From: an uncultured Acidimicrobiaceae bacterium
Lineage (GTDB): Bacteria; Actinomycetota; Acidimicrobiia; Acidimicrobiales; Bog-793
Length of the DNA stretch: 64,000 bases
NCBI GenBank assembly: GCA_963823945.1
Contig: CAWGNK010000003.1
Span: forward strand, 581,732 to 645,731
Direction of reading: 5' to 3'
Shown: positions 19,001-27,189 of the stretch, piece after piece
Layout: each line of letters opens with the position of its first letter
Position numbering within the stretch: the first letter of the stretch is position 1
Translations under genes and position numbers: made by a program
Notes under the pieces: model-generated
Seen by the model: the letters and a program-made list of their open reading frames with translations, nothing else
What the model was told of the DNA's origin: nothing
Databases searched by the model: none

Positions 19001-19320
19001 TGCCCGTCACGGTCCCGGTCGGCACGGGCGTGCTGGAGGGCGTGCTCGACCTGTGCTTTGGAGACGGCGACCGCCTCGTCGTCGTCGACTACAAGACCGA
19101 CCGGCTCGCGACCGCGGCGGACGTGCCGGCCGCGGCCCGCCGCTACCGGCTGCAGGCCGGGGCCTACGCGCTCGCGCTGGACCTCGCGCTCGGCCGGCGG
19201 GTCGACCGCGTCGTCCTTTTGTTCCTCGCCCCCCCGGGCGCCGCCGTCGAGTACGAGTTCGACGACGTCGATGCCGCGGCGGCCGAGGCCCGGGCCGAGC
19301 TCACCACCGCGCTGGCGTGA
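16000..19320 (+). CDS. AddA/AdnB-like UvrD-family helicase with C-terminal RecB nuclease
   Basis: Taken from ATG 16000, which overlaps the upstream stop as ATGCGTGA. Walker A is FVEAGAGTGKTSELV. The helicase motifs VDEFQDTDPIQ and TIHAAKGLEFPIVVV are present. The nuclease motif is VVVDYKTDRL...YRLQAGAYALAL. Confidence 0.9.
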   Translation: MREPSPMTDEAARLAIREDLDATLFVEAGAGTGKTSELVRRVLALAATGRASLGEIAAITFTEAAAADLRERIHDRLVEQSVTPGGDWARMAVHELDNASMTTIHGFAQRILVEHPLVAGLPLRFRVLDEIQAETDFDRRFGAFLDALLDDSGAEVLVTAALAVGVTLGHLRRLAYEIDAAWDRYRNPTPAPVLSAAVLVGEVEAATGSLIDAMRAVVARRGACRNDADTLVALLGRIGAELDRARGLADWADRLEWLCSIGPWKAGTKGRKEDWIDLAVADVRTEVGVLEGMRSAQVDRLRHVVLDALAERLGAAAVAAAGERRRTGELYFHDLLVFARDLLEADAGVCRQVSARFGHILVDEFQDTDPIQLDIVRLLGADASGKTVPGKLFFVGDPHQSIYRFRGAKPELYATAMGELVPAGPVRLTTNFRSVPGVIGFVNGVFGPLLAGAEALPAGPAAAGYTPLVAHRGPGDRVPVTVLGAEAAPKLSAHERRLRESADIAGIVTAAVREGWPVGTAPEVRAARFGDIAILVTRRSGLGELEAALDSADIPYRVDSTSLIYASSEVRDLLACLRAVDSPGDEAAIIAALRTPLLACGDDDLLRYRRQGGTWSLEACPAVEPGDPVAAALGRLAAVAACRHRLGFVGTLEAVVRDFGAFELAALGRHGREAVRRLHFVIDQARAFVESGGGSIAEMLEWMERQAKGRARARESVTSEADDAVRILTIHAAKGLEFPIVVVAELGGNQRSPAARATVLFDPAGRAEIRLRRGIETSGFAACAEAELAEAEAEELRLGYVAMTRARDHLVVSLHRAVATGERWSLAERVAARLGDLQGQFLDGSSRAGPEGTIGRRPGRPPAPRGPATTEEAFRVWRADREVLTARAARRTSMAATDLAALGKREPWTGPTRWATAEDEPADQARWRSRRAATSFGRAVHGVLQRVDLATGQGLEELAADEAAREGCADRAGEVATYVRAALGASVVRAAVAAESCWRELPVTVPVGTGVLEGVLDLCFGDGDRLVVVDYKTDRLATAADVPAAARRYRLQAGAYALALDLALGRRVDRVVLLFLAPPGAAVEYEFDDVDAAAAEARAELTTALA

Positions 19321-19375
19321 CGGGCCCGGGCGGTTCCTGGCCGGCCGGGGGAGCGGCCCAACCTACGCTTCCGGC

Positions 19376-21295
19376 GTGGCGACCCTGACGGCGGCGGAGG
19401 CGCTCGGGCGGGTCACCGCCCGGCTCCCCGGCGGTGGTGAGGTGCGCGAGGGCCAGCTCGCGATGGCTGACGCCGTGGCGGAGGCGATCGGCGGGTCGCG
19501 CCACCTCTCGGTGGCCGCCGGCACCGGGACCGGCAAGTCGCTCGCCTACCTCGTCCCGGCGGTCCTCTCGGGCAAGCACGTCGTCGTGGCGACGGCGACA
19601 AAGGCCCTGCAGGACCAGCTCGCCGACAAGGACATCCCGCTCGTCGGCGCGGCTGGGCTGCGGCCGTTCTCGTCGAGCGTGCTGAAAGGCCGCGCCAACT
19701 ACCTGTGCCGTCAGCGGCTCGGCGAGTCCCGTCTCGCCGGGACCCAGGGCGTGCTGGAGCCCGACGGCCCGGCGCCCGCCGCCCGGGCGGCGCAGGTCCG
19801 GGAGATCTTCGCCTGGGCCGACCGGACCGCGACGGGTGACCGGGCCGAGCTCGAAGCCGAGCCGGACCAGCAGCTGTGGTCGACGCTGAGCGTGACCTCG
19901 GACGAGTGCCCCGGCGCCTTCCGTTGCCCGTCGGGAGCCGAGTGCTTCGCCGAGCGGGCCCGGGCGGCGGCGCAGGCGGCGGATCTCGTCGTCGTGAACC
20001 TCCATCTGCTCGGTGCCGACATCGCCAGCGACGGCGCGGTGTTGCCCCCCCACGACGTGCTCATCGTCGACGAGGCGCACGCGCTCGAGGAGATCGTGAC
20101 CGAGGCGCTCGGTGTGTCGATCGGGGCCGGGCGGCTCCGCGCCGTCGCCGCCGCGGCCCGTGCCGCCCTCCCGGGGGGCCGGCGGGCCGCCTCGGGCGCC
20201 GTCGACGACGTCGCCGGGTTGGCGGAGCGGCTCGAGGAGGCCCTGGTCGAGTGCCCCGAGGAACGTCTCGTCGGCGGGCCGGGCGGGGACCTCGGCGACG
20301 TGCTCGGCCTCGCGCGCGCTCGTCTCGAGCGGCTCGAAGGCGATCTCGGGGCAACCGTCGGGTCCGGCGCCGGCGGCGGGGACGACGCCCAGCCGGCCAT
20401 GCGGGCGATGCTCGCCGCGGGACACCTGCGGGGCGACATCGACCGGCTCGTCGGGTCCGACGACGACGACGTCGCCTGGGTCGACAAGGGGCCGCGCCCG
20501 GCGCTGCGGGTCGCGCCGATCGACATCGCGCCGACCCTCGCCGAGCGGCTGTTCGCCCGCCGCACGGTCGTGCTCACGAGCGCGACGATCCCGCCGGGCC
20601 TGGGGGTCCGTCTCGGCGCCGCGCGCGGCGAGATCGACGTGGTCGACGTCGGCAGCCCGTTCGCCTTCGGCGAGCACGCCCTGCTCTACTGTGCGGCCCA
20701 CCTGCCGGACCGGCGGGCCGACGACGCCGAGGCGGCGATCCACGACGAGCTCGCCTGCCTCATCGCCGCGGCGGGCGGCCGGACGCTCGCCCTGTTCACC
20801 AGCCTCGGCGCGATGAACCGCGCCGTGGAGGCGCTGCGCGCGCGCCTCGCCTTCCCGCTCCTCGTCCAGGGCGACCTCGGCAAGACCGCACTGCTCGCCC
20901 GGTTCGCCGCCGAACCAGCGGCGTGCCTCTTCGCGACGATGGGGTTCTGGCAGGGGGTGGACGTCCCGGGGCCGACGCTTTCGCTCGTCGCCATCGACCG
21001 GATCCCGTTCCCCCGGCCCGACGACCCGTTGATCGCCGCCCGCCGGGAGCGCGCCGGGCGCGACGCCTTCGCGACGATCGACCTCCCGCGGGCGGCGACG
21101 CTGCTCGCCCAGGGCGTCGGCCGCCTGATCCGCACGGCCTCCGACCGCGGCGTGGTCGCCGTTCTCGACTCGCGGCTGGCGACGGCCAGCTACCGCTGGC
21201 GGCTCATCCGGGCGCTGCCGCCGATGCGGCGGACCAAGGAACGCCGGGTCGCCGAGGAGTTCCTGCGGTCCGTGGTCGGCGGGCCCACTCAGTAG
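19376..21295 (+). CDS. dinG: DinG/XPD-family ATP-dependent DNA helicase (no exonuclease domain)
   Basis: Taken from GTG 19376. The motifs VAAGTGTGKSLAYLVPA and a DEAH box (IVDEAHALEE) are present. Four Cys (YLCRQRL, ECPGAFRCPSGAEC) are consistent with an Fe-S domain. The C-terminal motif is GFWQGVDVPG...GRLIRT. Confidence 0.85.
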   Translation: MATLTAAEALGRVTARLPGGGEVREGQLAMADAVAEAIGGSRHLSVAAGTGTGKSLAYLVPAVLSGKHVVVATATKALQDQLADKDIPLVGAAGLRPFSSSVLKGRANYLCRQRLGESRLAGTQGVLEPDGPAPAARAAQVREIFAWADRTATGDRAELEAEPDQQLWSTLSVTSDECPGAFRCPSGAECFAERARAAAQAADLVVVNLHLLGADIASDGAVLPPHDVLIVDEAHALEEIVTEALGVSIGAGRLRAVAAAARAALPGGRRAASGAVDDVAGLAERLEEALVECPEERLVGGPGGDLGDVLGLARARLERLEGDLGATVGSGAGGGDDAQPAMRAMLAAGHLRGDIDRLVGSDDDDVAWVDKGPRPALRVAPIDIAPTLAERLFARRTVVLTSATIPPGLGVRLGAARGEIDVVDVGSPFAFGEHALLYCAAHLPDRRADDAEAAIHDELACLIAAAGGRTLALFTSLGAMNRAVEALRARLAFPLLVQGDLGKTALLARFAAEPAACLFATMGFWQGVDVPGPTLSLVAIDRIPFPRPDDPLIAARRERAGRDAFATIDLPRAATLLAQGVGRLIRTASDRGVVAVLDSRLATASYRWRLIRALPPMRRTKERRVAEEFLRSVVGGPTQ

Positions 21296-22194
21296 CCGAG
21301 GCGCTCGATCGCGTCGACCCGGCGCTGCCAGTCGCGCTCGACGGCGACGTGGAGATCGAGGTAGCAGCCGGGCGCGAGCGCGCGGCGCACCGCCGTCCCG
21401 ACCGCTTTCAGCACCGCGCCCTCGTGGCCGACGACGATTCCGAGCTGGCTCGGGCGTTCGACGAGGATCTCGCAGCGGATGTAGGGCCACTCCCACTCGA
21501 CGATGCGGCAGGCGATCGAGTGCGGGAGCTCGTCGCGCACGATCTTCAGCAGCTGCTCGCGGACGAGCTCGGCGACGAAGAACGCCTCGGGGACGTCGCT
21601 CGTGACCCCCTCGGGGTAGTAGCGGGGACCGGCGGGCAGCCGACCGACGAGGTGCGCCGTGAGGGCGGCGACGCCGCGTCCGGTCCGGGCCGAGACGGGG
21701 AAGTACTCGGCACCTTCCAACCCGAGGAGGGCCGCGGCCCTCGCGAGCTGGGCGAGCGTCGTGGTCTGCGGGGCCGCGTCGACCTTGTTCACCGCGACGA
21801 CGGCCCCGGCCGCCAGACGCGCCGCGATGAACCGGTCACCCGGCCCGACGGGCGCCGTCGCGTCGAGGACGAGGACGCACACGTCGACATCGTCGAGCGC
21901 CTCGGTGGCGGCGTTGTTGAGACGCGCGCCGAGCGTGGAACGGGGCTTGTGCATCCCGGGCGTGTCGACGAAGACGGCCTGGTAGTCGGGGCCGTTCAGC
22001 ACGCCCCGCACGCGCCGTCTGGTCGTGTTCGGCGTCCTCGCCGTGATCGAGACCTTCGTGCCGACGATCCGGTTGCAAAGCGTCGACTTGCCGACGTTGG
22101 GTCGCCCGACGACGGCGACGAAGCCCGAGCGGAACGTGCCCCCGCCGGCGCCGCCCGCTGCGTCCCCGGTGCCCGGCTCGGGATCCGGTGTCAC
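21289..22194 (-). CDS. era: GTPase Era
   Basis: The GTG start at 22194 overlaps the upstream TGA (GTGA). G1 is GRPNVGKSTL and G3 is DTPG. A C-terminal KH domain (VERPSQLGIVVGHEGAVLK) is present. Confidence 0.95.
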   Translation of the reverse strand: MTPDPEPGTGDAAGGAGGGTFRSGFVAVVGRPNVGKSTLCNRIVGTKVSITARTPNTTRRRVRGVLNGPDYQAVFVDTPGMHKPRSTLGARLNNAATEALDDVDVCVLVLDATAPVGPGDRFIAARLAAGAVVAVNKVDAAPQTTTLAQLARAAALLGLEGAEYFPVSARTGRGVAALTAHLVGRLPAGPRYYPEGVTSDVPEAFFVAELVREQLLKIVRDELPHSIACRIVEWEWPYIRCEILVERPSQLGIVVGHEGAVLKAVGTAVRRALAPGCYLDLHVAVERDWQRRVDAIERLGY

Positions 22195-23501
22195 CGCTCG
22201 GTCTCGTCGCGGCCGGCTTCGTCGCCGTCCCCGCCCGGCGGGCGGGGGGTGATCCGCACCTTGTCGATGCGGCGGCGCTGCACCCGCTCGGCGACGAGCG
22301 TGTAGCCGTCGGCCGCGACCGCCTCGCCCTCGGCGGGGACGCGCCCGTGGAGGTGGAGGAAGAGGCCGGCGACGGTGTCCCACGAGCCGGTGGGCAGCTC
22401 GGCGTCGAGGATCTCGTTCACCTCGTCGAGGGCCATGCGGCCCGAGACGATGAAGCTGCCGCCGTCGAGCGGCTCGACGAGGGGGTCGTCCGCGTCGAAC
22501 TCGTCGGCGATCTCGCCGACGAGCTCCTCGAGGAGGTCCTCGAGGGCGACGATGCCCGCCGTGCCGCCGTATTCGTCCACGACGATGGCGAGGTGGAACT
22601 GCTCGGACTGCATCTCCCGCAGCAACGGCGCCACGCGCTTGGTCTCCGGCACGAAGTGCGCCGGCCGGCACAGCTGCCCGATGGGCTGTTCGGCCCGGCC
22701 CTCCTGCACGGTCCGCACGACGTCGCGGGTGTACGCGATGCCCACGACGTCGTCGAGCGAGGCGGCGTAGACCGGGATCCGGCTGAGTCCGGAGACCATC
22801 GCCCGCTCGAGGACGGCGCCGGCACTCGTCGCCGCGTCGACCGCCACGACGTCGGGACGCGGCGCCATCACCTCCCGCACGATCGTGTCGCCGAAGTCGA
22901 TGATCGACGAGATGAGCTCGCGCTCCTCGTTCTCGATCACGTCCTCGTCGACGGCGACGTCGGCGAGGGCGAGGAGCTCGGACTCGGTGACCTCGGGCTC
23001 GACGTCGGTGCCGTGCCCGGGCGTCACGAGGTGGGCCAGCCCGATGAGGAGGGACGCGACGATCCGGACCGGCGGGAAGTTGATGAGTGTCGTCACGAAC
23101 GGCGCCGCGAACAGGGCGGCGCGGTCGGCGTGCCGGACCGCCCACTGCTTGGGGATCGCCTCGGCGAACACGAAGATGACGACGATCTCGAAGACGATCG
23201 CCACGCTGAGCCCGAGCGTGCCGAACAGGTGCGACGCCTCGTCGCCGACGAGGCTCGCCGCGACGAGCTGGCAGACGAGGACGAGCAGCAGCAGCGGCGC
23301 GAGGAAGTGCTCGGGGTTCTCGACGAGCCGTCGCAGCGACTTCGAACCGTGCCGGCCCTTCTCCTCGAGCGAGCGGGCGCGGGCCTGGCTCGTGCGGACG
23401 AGGCTCGTCTCGGCGAGGGCGAACACGGCCGAGATCGCGATGAGCACGAGGACGGCGGCGATGAGGCCGCCGTCGGCCGCGCCGAACGACGCCGCCAGCA
23501 T
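22191..23501 (-). CDS. hemolysin-family / CNNM protein (DUF21 - CBS pair - CorC_HlyC)
   Basis: 436 aa. There is an N-terminal 4-TM DUF21 domain, CBS-type segments (IVREVMAPRPDVVAV..., IPVYAASLDDVVGIAY) and a C-terminal transporter-associated domain. Confidence 0.9.
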   Translation of the reverse strand: MLAASFGAADGGLIAAVLVLIAISAVFALAETSLVRTSQARARSLEEKGRHGSKSLRRLVENPEHFLAPLLLLVLVCQLVAASLVGDEASHLFGTLGLSVAIVFEIVVIFVFAEAIPKQWAVRHADRAALFAAPFVTTLINFPPVRIVASLLIGLAHLVTPGHGTDVEPEVTESELLALADVAVDEDVIENEERELISSIIDFGDTIVREVMAPRPDVVAVDAATSAGAVLERAMVSGLSRIPVYAASLDDVVGIAYTRDVVRTVQEGRAEQPIGQLCRPAHFVPETKRVAPLLREMQSEQFHLAIVVDEYGGTAGIVALEDLLEELVGEIADEFDADDPLVEPLDGGSFIVSGRMALDEVNEILDAELPTGSWDTVAGLFLHLHGRVPAEGEAVAADGYTLVAERVQRRRIDKVRITPRPPGGDGDEAGRDETER

Positions 23502-24016
23502 CAGGCGCCCTGAGGGCGGAAGAGCTCGTCGAGGAGCTCCTGTTCGCGGGCCTCCATCGCCTCGGCCTCGGCGGGCCGTTCGTGGTCCATGCCGAGCAGG
23601 TGGAGGATCCCGTGGACGACCAGGAGCGCGATCTCGTCGTCGAAGCTGCCGGTGTGACTGGGCGCGTTGTGCCAGGCGACCTCGGGGCAGATCACGATGT
23701 CGCCGATGAGGATCGGCGCCGAGCCGCCCTCGGCGGTCTCCCAGCCCGGACCGGAACCGCCGTTGTCCGGCGAGCGTCCGAGGACCAGCTGGTCGTCGTC
23801 GATCGGGAAGGCGAGCACGTCCGTCGGTCCGGCGACCTCCAGGAAGCGCTCGTTCAAAGCGGCGATGGCGGCCTCGTCGACGAACAGCACGCTGAGCTCG
23901 GCGTCGCCGCGCACCCCCTCGGCGGCGAGCACCCGGCGCGCGAGTTCGGCCCAGCGCGAACAGTCGATCTCGCGTTCGGCCTGCTCGTCGGCGACGAAGA
24001 CCTCGACTGGTGTCAC
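23501..24016 (-). CDS. ybeY: rRNA maturation RNase YbeY
   Basis: The GTG start at 24016 overlaps the phoH stop (GTGA). The zinc motif HGILHLLGMDH and the segment PTDVLAFP are present. Confidence 0.9.
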   Translation of the reverse strand: MTPVEVFVADEQAEREIDCSRWAELARRVLAAEGVRGDAELSVLFVDEAAIAALNERFLEVAGPTDVLAFPIDDDQLVLGRSPDNGGSGPGWETAEGGSAPILIGDIVICPEVAWHNAPSHTGSFDDEIALLVVHGILHLLGMDHERPAEAEAMEAREQELLDELFRPQGA

Positions 24017-24981
24017 GGCCCCGACCTGGACGGCTCGTTGTCGTCGTGTCGCTCGTAGGCGGAGACGATCGCCCGCACGATGCGGTTGCGCACGACGTCG
24101 GACTCGCCGAGCCGGACGAAGCCGACGCCGTCGATCGGCCCGAGGATCTCGTCGATGCCGACCAGCCCGGAGCGCCCCCCGGCGACGTCGATCTGGGTGA
24201 TGTCGCCGGTGACGACCGCCTTGGTCCCGAAGCCGATCCGGGTGAGGAACATCTTCATCTGCTCGGGTGTCGTGTTCTGGGCCTCGTCGAGGATGACGAA
24301 GCTGGCGTTGAGCGTGCGGCCCCGCATGAAGGCGAGCGGCGCGACCTCGATCGTGCCGCGCTCGATGAGGCGCTGGGTCCCCTCGGGCTCGAGCATGTCG
24401 TAGAGGGCGTCGTAGAGGGGGCGCAGGTAGGGGTCGACCTTGGCCATCAGGTCGCCCGGCAGGAAGCCGAGCCGCTCCCCGGCCTCGACGGCGGGACGGG
24501 CGAGGATGATCCGGTGGACCTCCTTGGCCTGCAGCGACCGGACCGCCGCCGCGACGGCGAGGTAGGACTTGCCGGTCCCGGCGGGACCGATCCCGAAGGT
24601 GATCGTGTTCGCCGCGATGGCGTCGACGTAGCGGCGCTGGCCCGGGGTCATCGGCCGGACCGGCCGCCCGGCGGAGGGTCGCAGCACCTCGGCGGCGATC
24701 ACCTCGGAGGGGACCAGGCCGGACCGCACCATCTCGATCGTCCGCCCGACGTGCGCGGCGTCGACCCACTGGCCCCGTTCGAGGTGCGCGACGAGCTCGC
24801 GGAAGATCTTCTCCACGGCCTCGGCGTCGGGGCCGTCGATCGTGATCTCGTTGCCGCGCACGCGGATCGTCGTCGCGTCGAACTCCCGCTCGACGGCCAG
24901 CAGGAGCTCGTCCCGCTCGCCGAGCAGCGCGACCATGAGGTCGTTGCCGGGGACCTGGTATCTGATCTGGGTTTCGGACAC
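24013..24981 (-). CDS. phoH: PhoH-family ATPase
   Basis: Walker A is GPAGTGKSYLAVAAAV and PAVEAGERLGFLPGDL is present. The ORF extends to 25089, but the GTG at 24981 (VSETQIRYQV...) gives the usual length of about 320 aa. The start is uncertain. Confidence 0.85.
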   Translation of the reverse strand: MSETQIRYQVPGNDLMVALLGERDELLLAVEREFDATTIRVRGNEITIDGPDAEAVEKIFRELVAHLERGQWVDAAHVGRTIEMVRSGLVPSEVIAAEVLRPSAGRPVRPMTPGQRRYVDAIAANTITFGIGPAGTGKSYLAVAAAVRSLQAKEVHRIILARPAVEAGERLGFLPGDLMAKVDPYLRPLYDALYDMLEPEGTQRLIERGTIEVAPLAFMRGRTLNASFVILDEAQNTTPEQMKMFLTRIGFGTKAVVTGDITQIDVAGGRSGLVGIDEILGPIDGVGFVRLGESDVVRNRIVRAIVSAYERHDDNEPSRSGP

Positions 24982-25096
24982 GTCTACCGCTCTGAGGGTA
25001 CCAGTGGACCCCGGAAGGTTCGCGCGAACGCCTGCCCGGCGGGGGATCGGCGACGCCGGCCGGGCTGCGTCGCGGCCGGGCCGCGGCACCCGGGTC

Positions 25097-25327
25097 TCAG
25101 CGGATGGCCCGGCGTGTCGGCTCGGGGTAGAGGTGCTCGAGGCTGCCCGGCGTGATCCTCGCCGACTCGACGAACGCCTCGACGTCGTTCTGGCGGAGGC
25201 GGATGACGCGCCCGAACTTGAAAGCCGGCAGCCCCCCCTCGTCGATGAAGCGGTAGAGCGTGCGGAGGTTGACCCCGAGATAGGCCGAGGCCTGCTTCGT
25301 GCTCATCCAGGCGGTGCCCTCTGTCAC
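25097..25327 (-). CDS. small helix-turn-helix DNA-binding protein, excisionase/MerR-like (BldC-like size class)
   Basis: 76 aa. The segment STKQASAYLGVNLRTLYRFIDEGGLPAFKFGRVIRLRQNDVEAFVE matches the excisionase-family HTH_17 pattern. Confidence 0.7.
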   Translation of the reverse strand: MTEGTAWMSTKQASAYLGVNLRTLYRFIDEGGLPAFKFGRVIRLRQNDVEAFVESARITPGSLEHLYPEPTRRAIR

Positions 25328-25372
25328 AGGAGGAATGATACCACCTGATCATGCAGTTCGTAGCCTCTCATG

Positions 25373-26542
25373 TTATCCGCCAGCAGCACGTGCGCCCTCC
25401 CGCCGGCCGGCCCCGCCGTCCGGCACGGGGGCGGCTGCCGGCGGCGGCTGCAGGCGGATCGCCACCTCGTTGGCGAGCAGCCGGCCGCGCCGGGTGAGCA
25501 CGGCGCGCCCCTGCCGGCGCTCGACGAGGCCGGCGAGCTCGTCCGAGTCCGGCAGCGCCTCCGCGGGGACGCCGTCGCGGGTGCGCAGCGCGAGCTGCAG
25601 GCTCTCGAGCTCGCGCGCCGCGGGGTCGAGGCGCTCGCTCATCGCCACCGCCGGGAGGCCGTCGCGGACCCGGTCGATGTAGCGCTCGGGCGAGGCGACG
25701 TTGGCAAAGCGGTGCCCGGCCACGTGGCTGTGCGCCGCACAGCCGAAGCCGAGGTAGTCCGCCCCGCGCCAGCAGGCGAGGTTGTGATGGCACTCGTGGC
25801 CGGGTCGGGCCCAGTTCGAGATCTCGTAGCAGTCGAGCCCGGCGGCGCCGAGCATCTCGTCGACGAGCTCGTAGCGATCGGCCTCGGTGTCGTCGTCGGG
25901 GTGGCGGGCGGGGTCGGCAGCCAGTGGCGTGCCGGGCTCCACGGTGAGGGCGTAGGCGCTCACGTGCGGCGGTGCCGGGTCGAGGGCGAGCAGGCCGTCG
26001 ATGGTGGCGGCGAGGTCCTCGTTTTGCTCGGCGACGGATCCGTAGACGACGTCGACGTTGTAGGTCGCGAATCCCGCCTCGCCGACGAGGCCGACGGCCC
26101 TGCCGACCGAACCCGGGCTGTGGCGGCGTCCGAGGTCGGCGAGCACCCGGGTGACGAGGGATTGCACCCCGAGCGAGATCCGGGTCACGCCGGCAGCCCG
26201 CGCGGCCCGCAGGAACTCGCCGGTCGTCGATTCGGGGTTCGCCTCGACCGTCACCTCGGCGCCCGGCGCGCGCTCGATGGCGTCGAGGAGCCGGGTGAGC
26301 TGCGCGGGCGACAAAAGCGACGGCGTCCCGCCGCCCACGTAGACGGTCGTCGCCGGCCGCCAGGGCGCGGCCGCCCGGGCGCGGCGGATCTCGGTGATGC
26401 AGGCCGCCACGTAGGGCTCGACGAGGGCGGACTTGCCCGTCCAGGTCGCGAAGGCGCAGTAGTCGCAGCGGGAGGTGCAGAACGGAATGTGGACGTAGAC
26501 GCCAAACTCACCGGCCACGCCCTCGCAGGCGCGGGTCGGCAC
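25373..26542 (-). CDS. hemW: radical SAM heme chaperone HemW (HemN-like, oxygen-independent coproporphyrinogen oxidase family)
   Basis: The radical-SAM motif is VYVHIPFCTSRCDYCAF. Length is 389 aa. The GTG start shares 1 nt with the upstream TAG. Confidence 0.9.
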   Translation of the reverse strand: MPTRACEGVAGEFGVYVHIPFCTSRCDYCAFATWTGKSALVEPYVAACITEIRRARAAAPWRPATTVYVGGGTPSLLSPAQLTRLLDAIERAPGAEVTVEANPESTTGEFLRAARAAGVTRISLGVQSLVTRVLADLGRRHSPGSVGRAVGLVGEAGFATYNVDVVYGSVAEQNEDLAATIDGLLALDPAPPHVSAYALTVEPGTPLAADPARHPDDDTEADRYELVDEMLGAAGLDCYEISNWARPGHECHHNLACWRGADYLGFGCAAHSHVAGHRFANVASPERYIDRVRDGLPAVAMSERLDPAARELESLQLALRTRDGVPAEALPDSDELAGLVERRQGRAVLTRRGRLLANEVAIRLQPPPAAAPVPDGGAGRREGARAAGG

Positions 26543-27069
26543 TAAGTGGCGTAGATGAGGCCGAGCGACTGCAGCCTCTCGACCATCTCGACGACGCCGA
26601 GGCCGAAGGTGGCGCCGATGACGAGCAGATCGGCGGCGCGGATCGTGAGCACCTGGCCGTTGAAGTCCTGGCGGTCGAGCTGGACCTTGGTGAGGAAGCG
26701 CTGCAGCGCCTCCGCCTCGGGCCCCTTCGTCGCCTTGAGACGCACGAGGTCGATGCGGATCTTCGTCTCGTGCGGCACCCGGGTCAGCGGTTCCGTCTCG
26801 AGTGACGCCGCCCCCTCCCGGCTGCCGGGCAGGAGCTGGTCGAGCGGCACGTCGTAGATCTGGGCGAGGCGGCGCAGCCGCGGGACGGAGATCGCGCGTT
26901 CGCCCCGTTCGTAGGCGCCGAGGACCGAGGCCTTGAACTCCTGGCCCGAGGCGGCCTCGACCGCCTGGAGCGAGAGGTGCTTCTGGCGACGCACGGCCCG
27001 CAGTCGGACGCCGACCGTCTCGGCGTAACTGTCCTCGATGCCGAGGCTTTGGTCTCGGAAGTCGCTCAT
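26542..27069 (-). CDS. XRE-family helix-turn-helix transcriptional regulator with an uncharacterised C-terminal domain
   Basis: Taken from ATG 27069 (MSDFRDQ...). The HTH is VGVRLRAVRRQKHLSLQAVEAASGQEFKASVLGAYERGERAISVPRLRRLAQIYDVPLDQLL. Confidence 0.75.
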   Translation of the reverse strand: MSDFRDQSLGIEDSYAETVGVRLRAVRRQKHLSLQAVEAASGQEFKASVLGAYERGERAISVPRLRRLAQIYDVPLDQLLPGSREGAASLETEPLTRVPHETKIRIDLVRLKATKGPEAEALQRFLTKVQLDRQDFNGQVLTIRAADLLVIGATFGLGVVEMVERLQSLGLIYAT

Positions 27070-27189
27070 CGCGGTCCTCGGGCTGATCTCGTCAGGTGGC
27101 GTCGGGGCCCCGCCCGATCGTGGTTTGGCCCACACGGTACTCCGCCACGGAGTGTGGCGCGGGCACGACAGCGGGGCCGTGGGGGCGGG

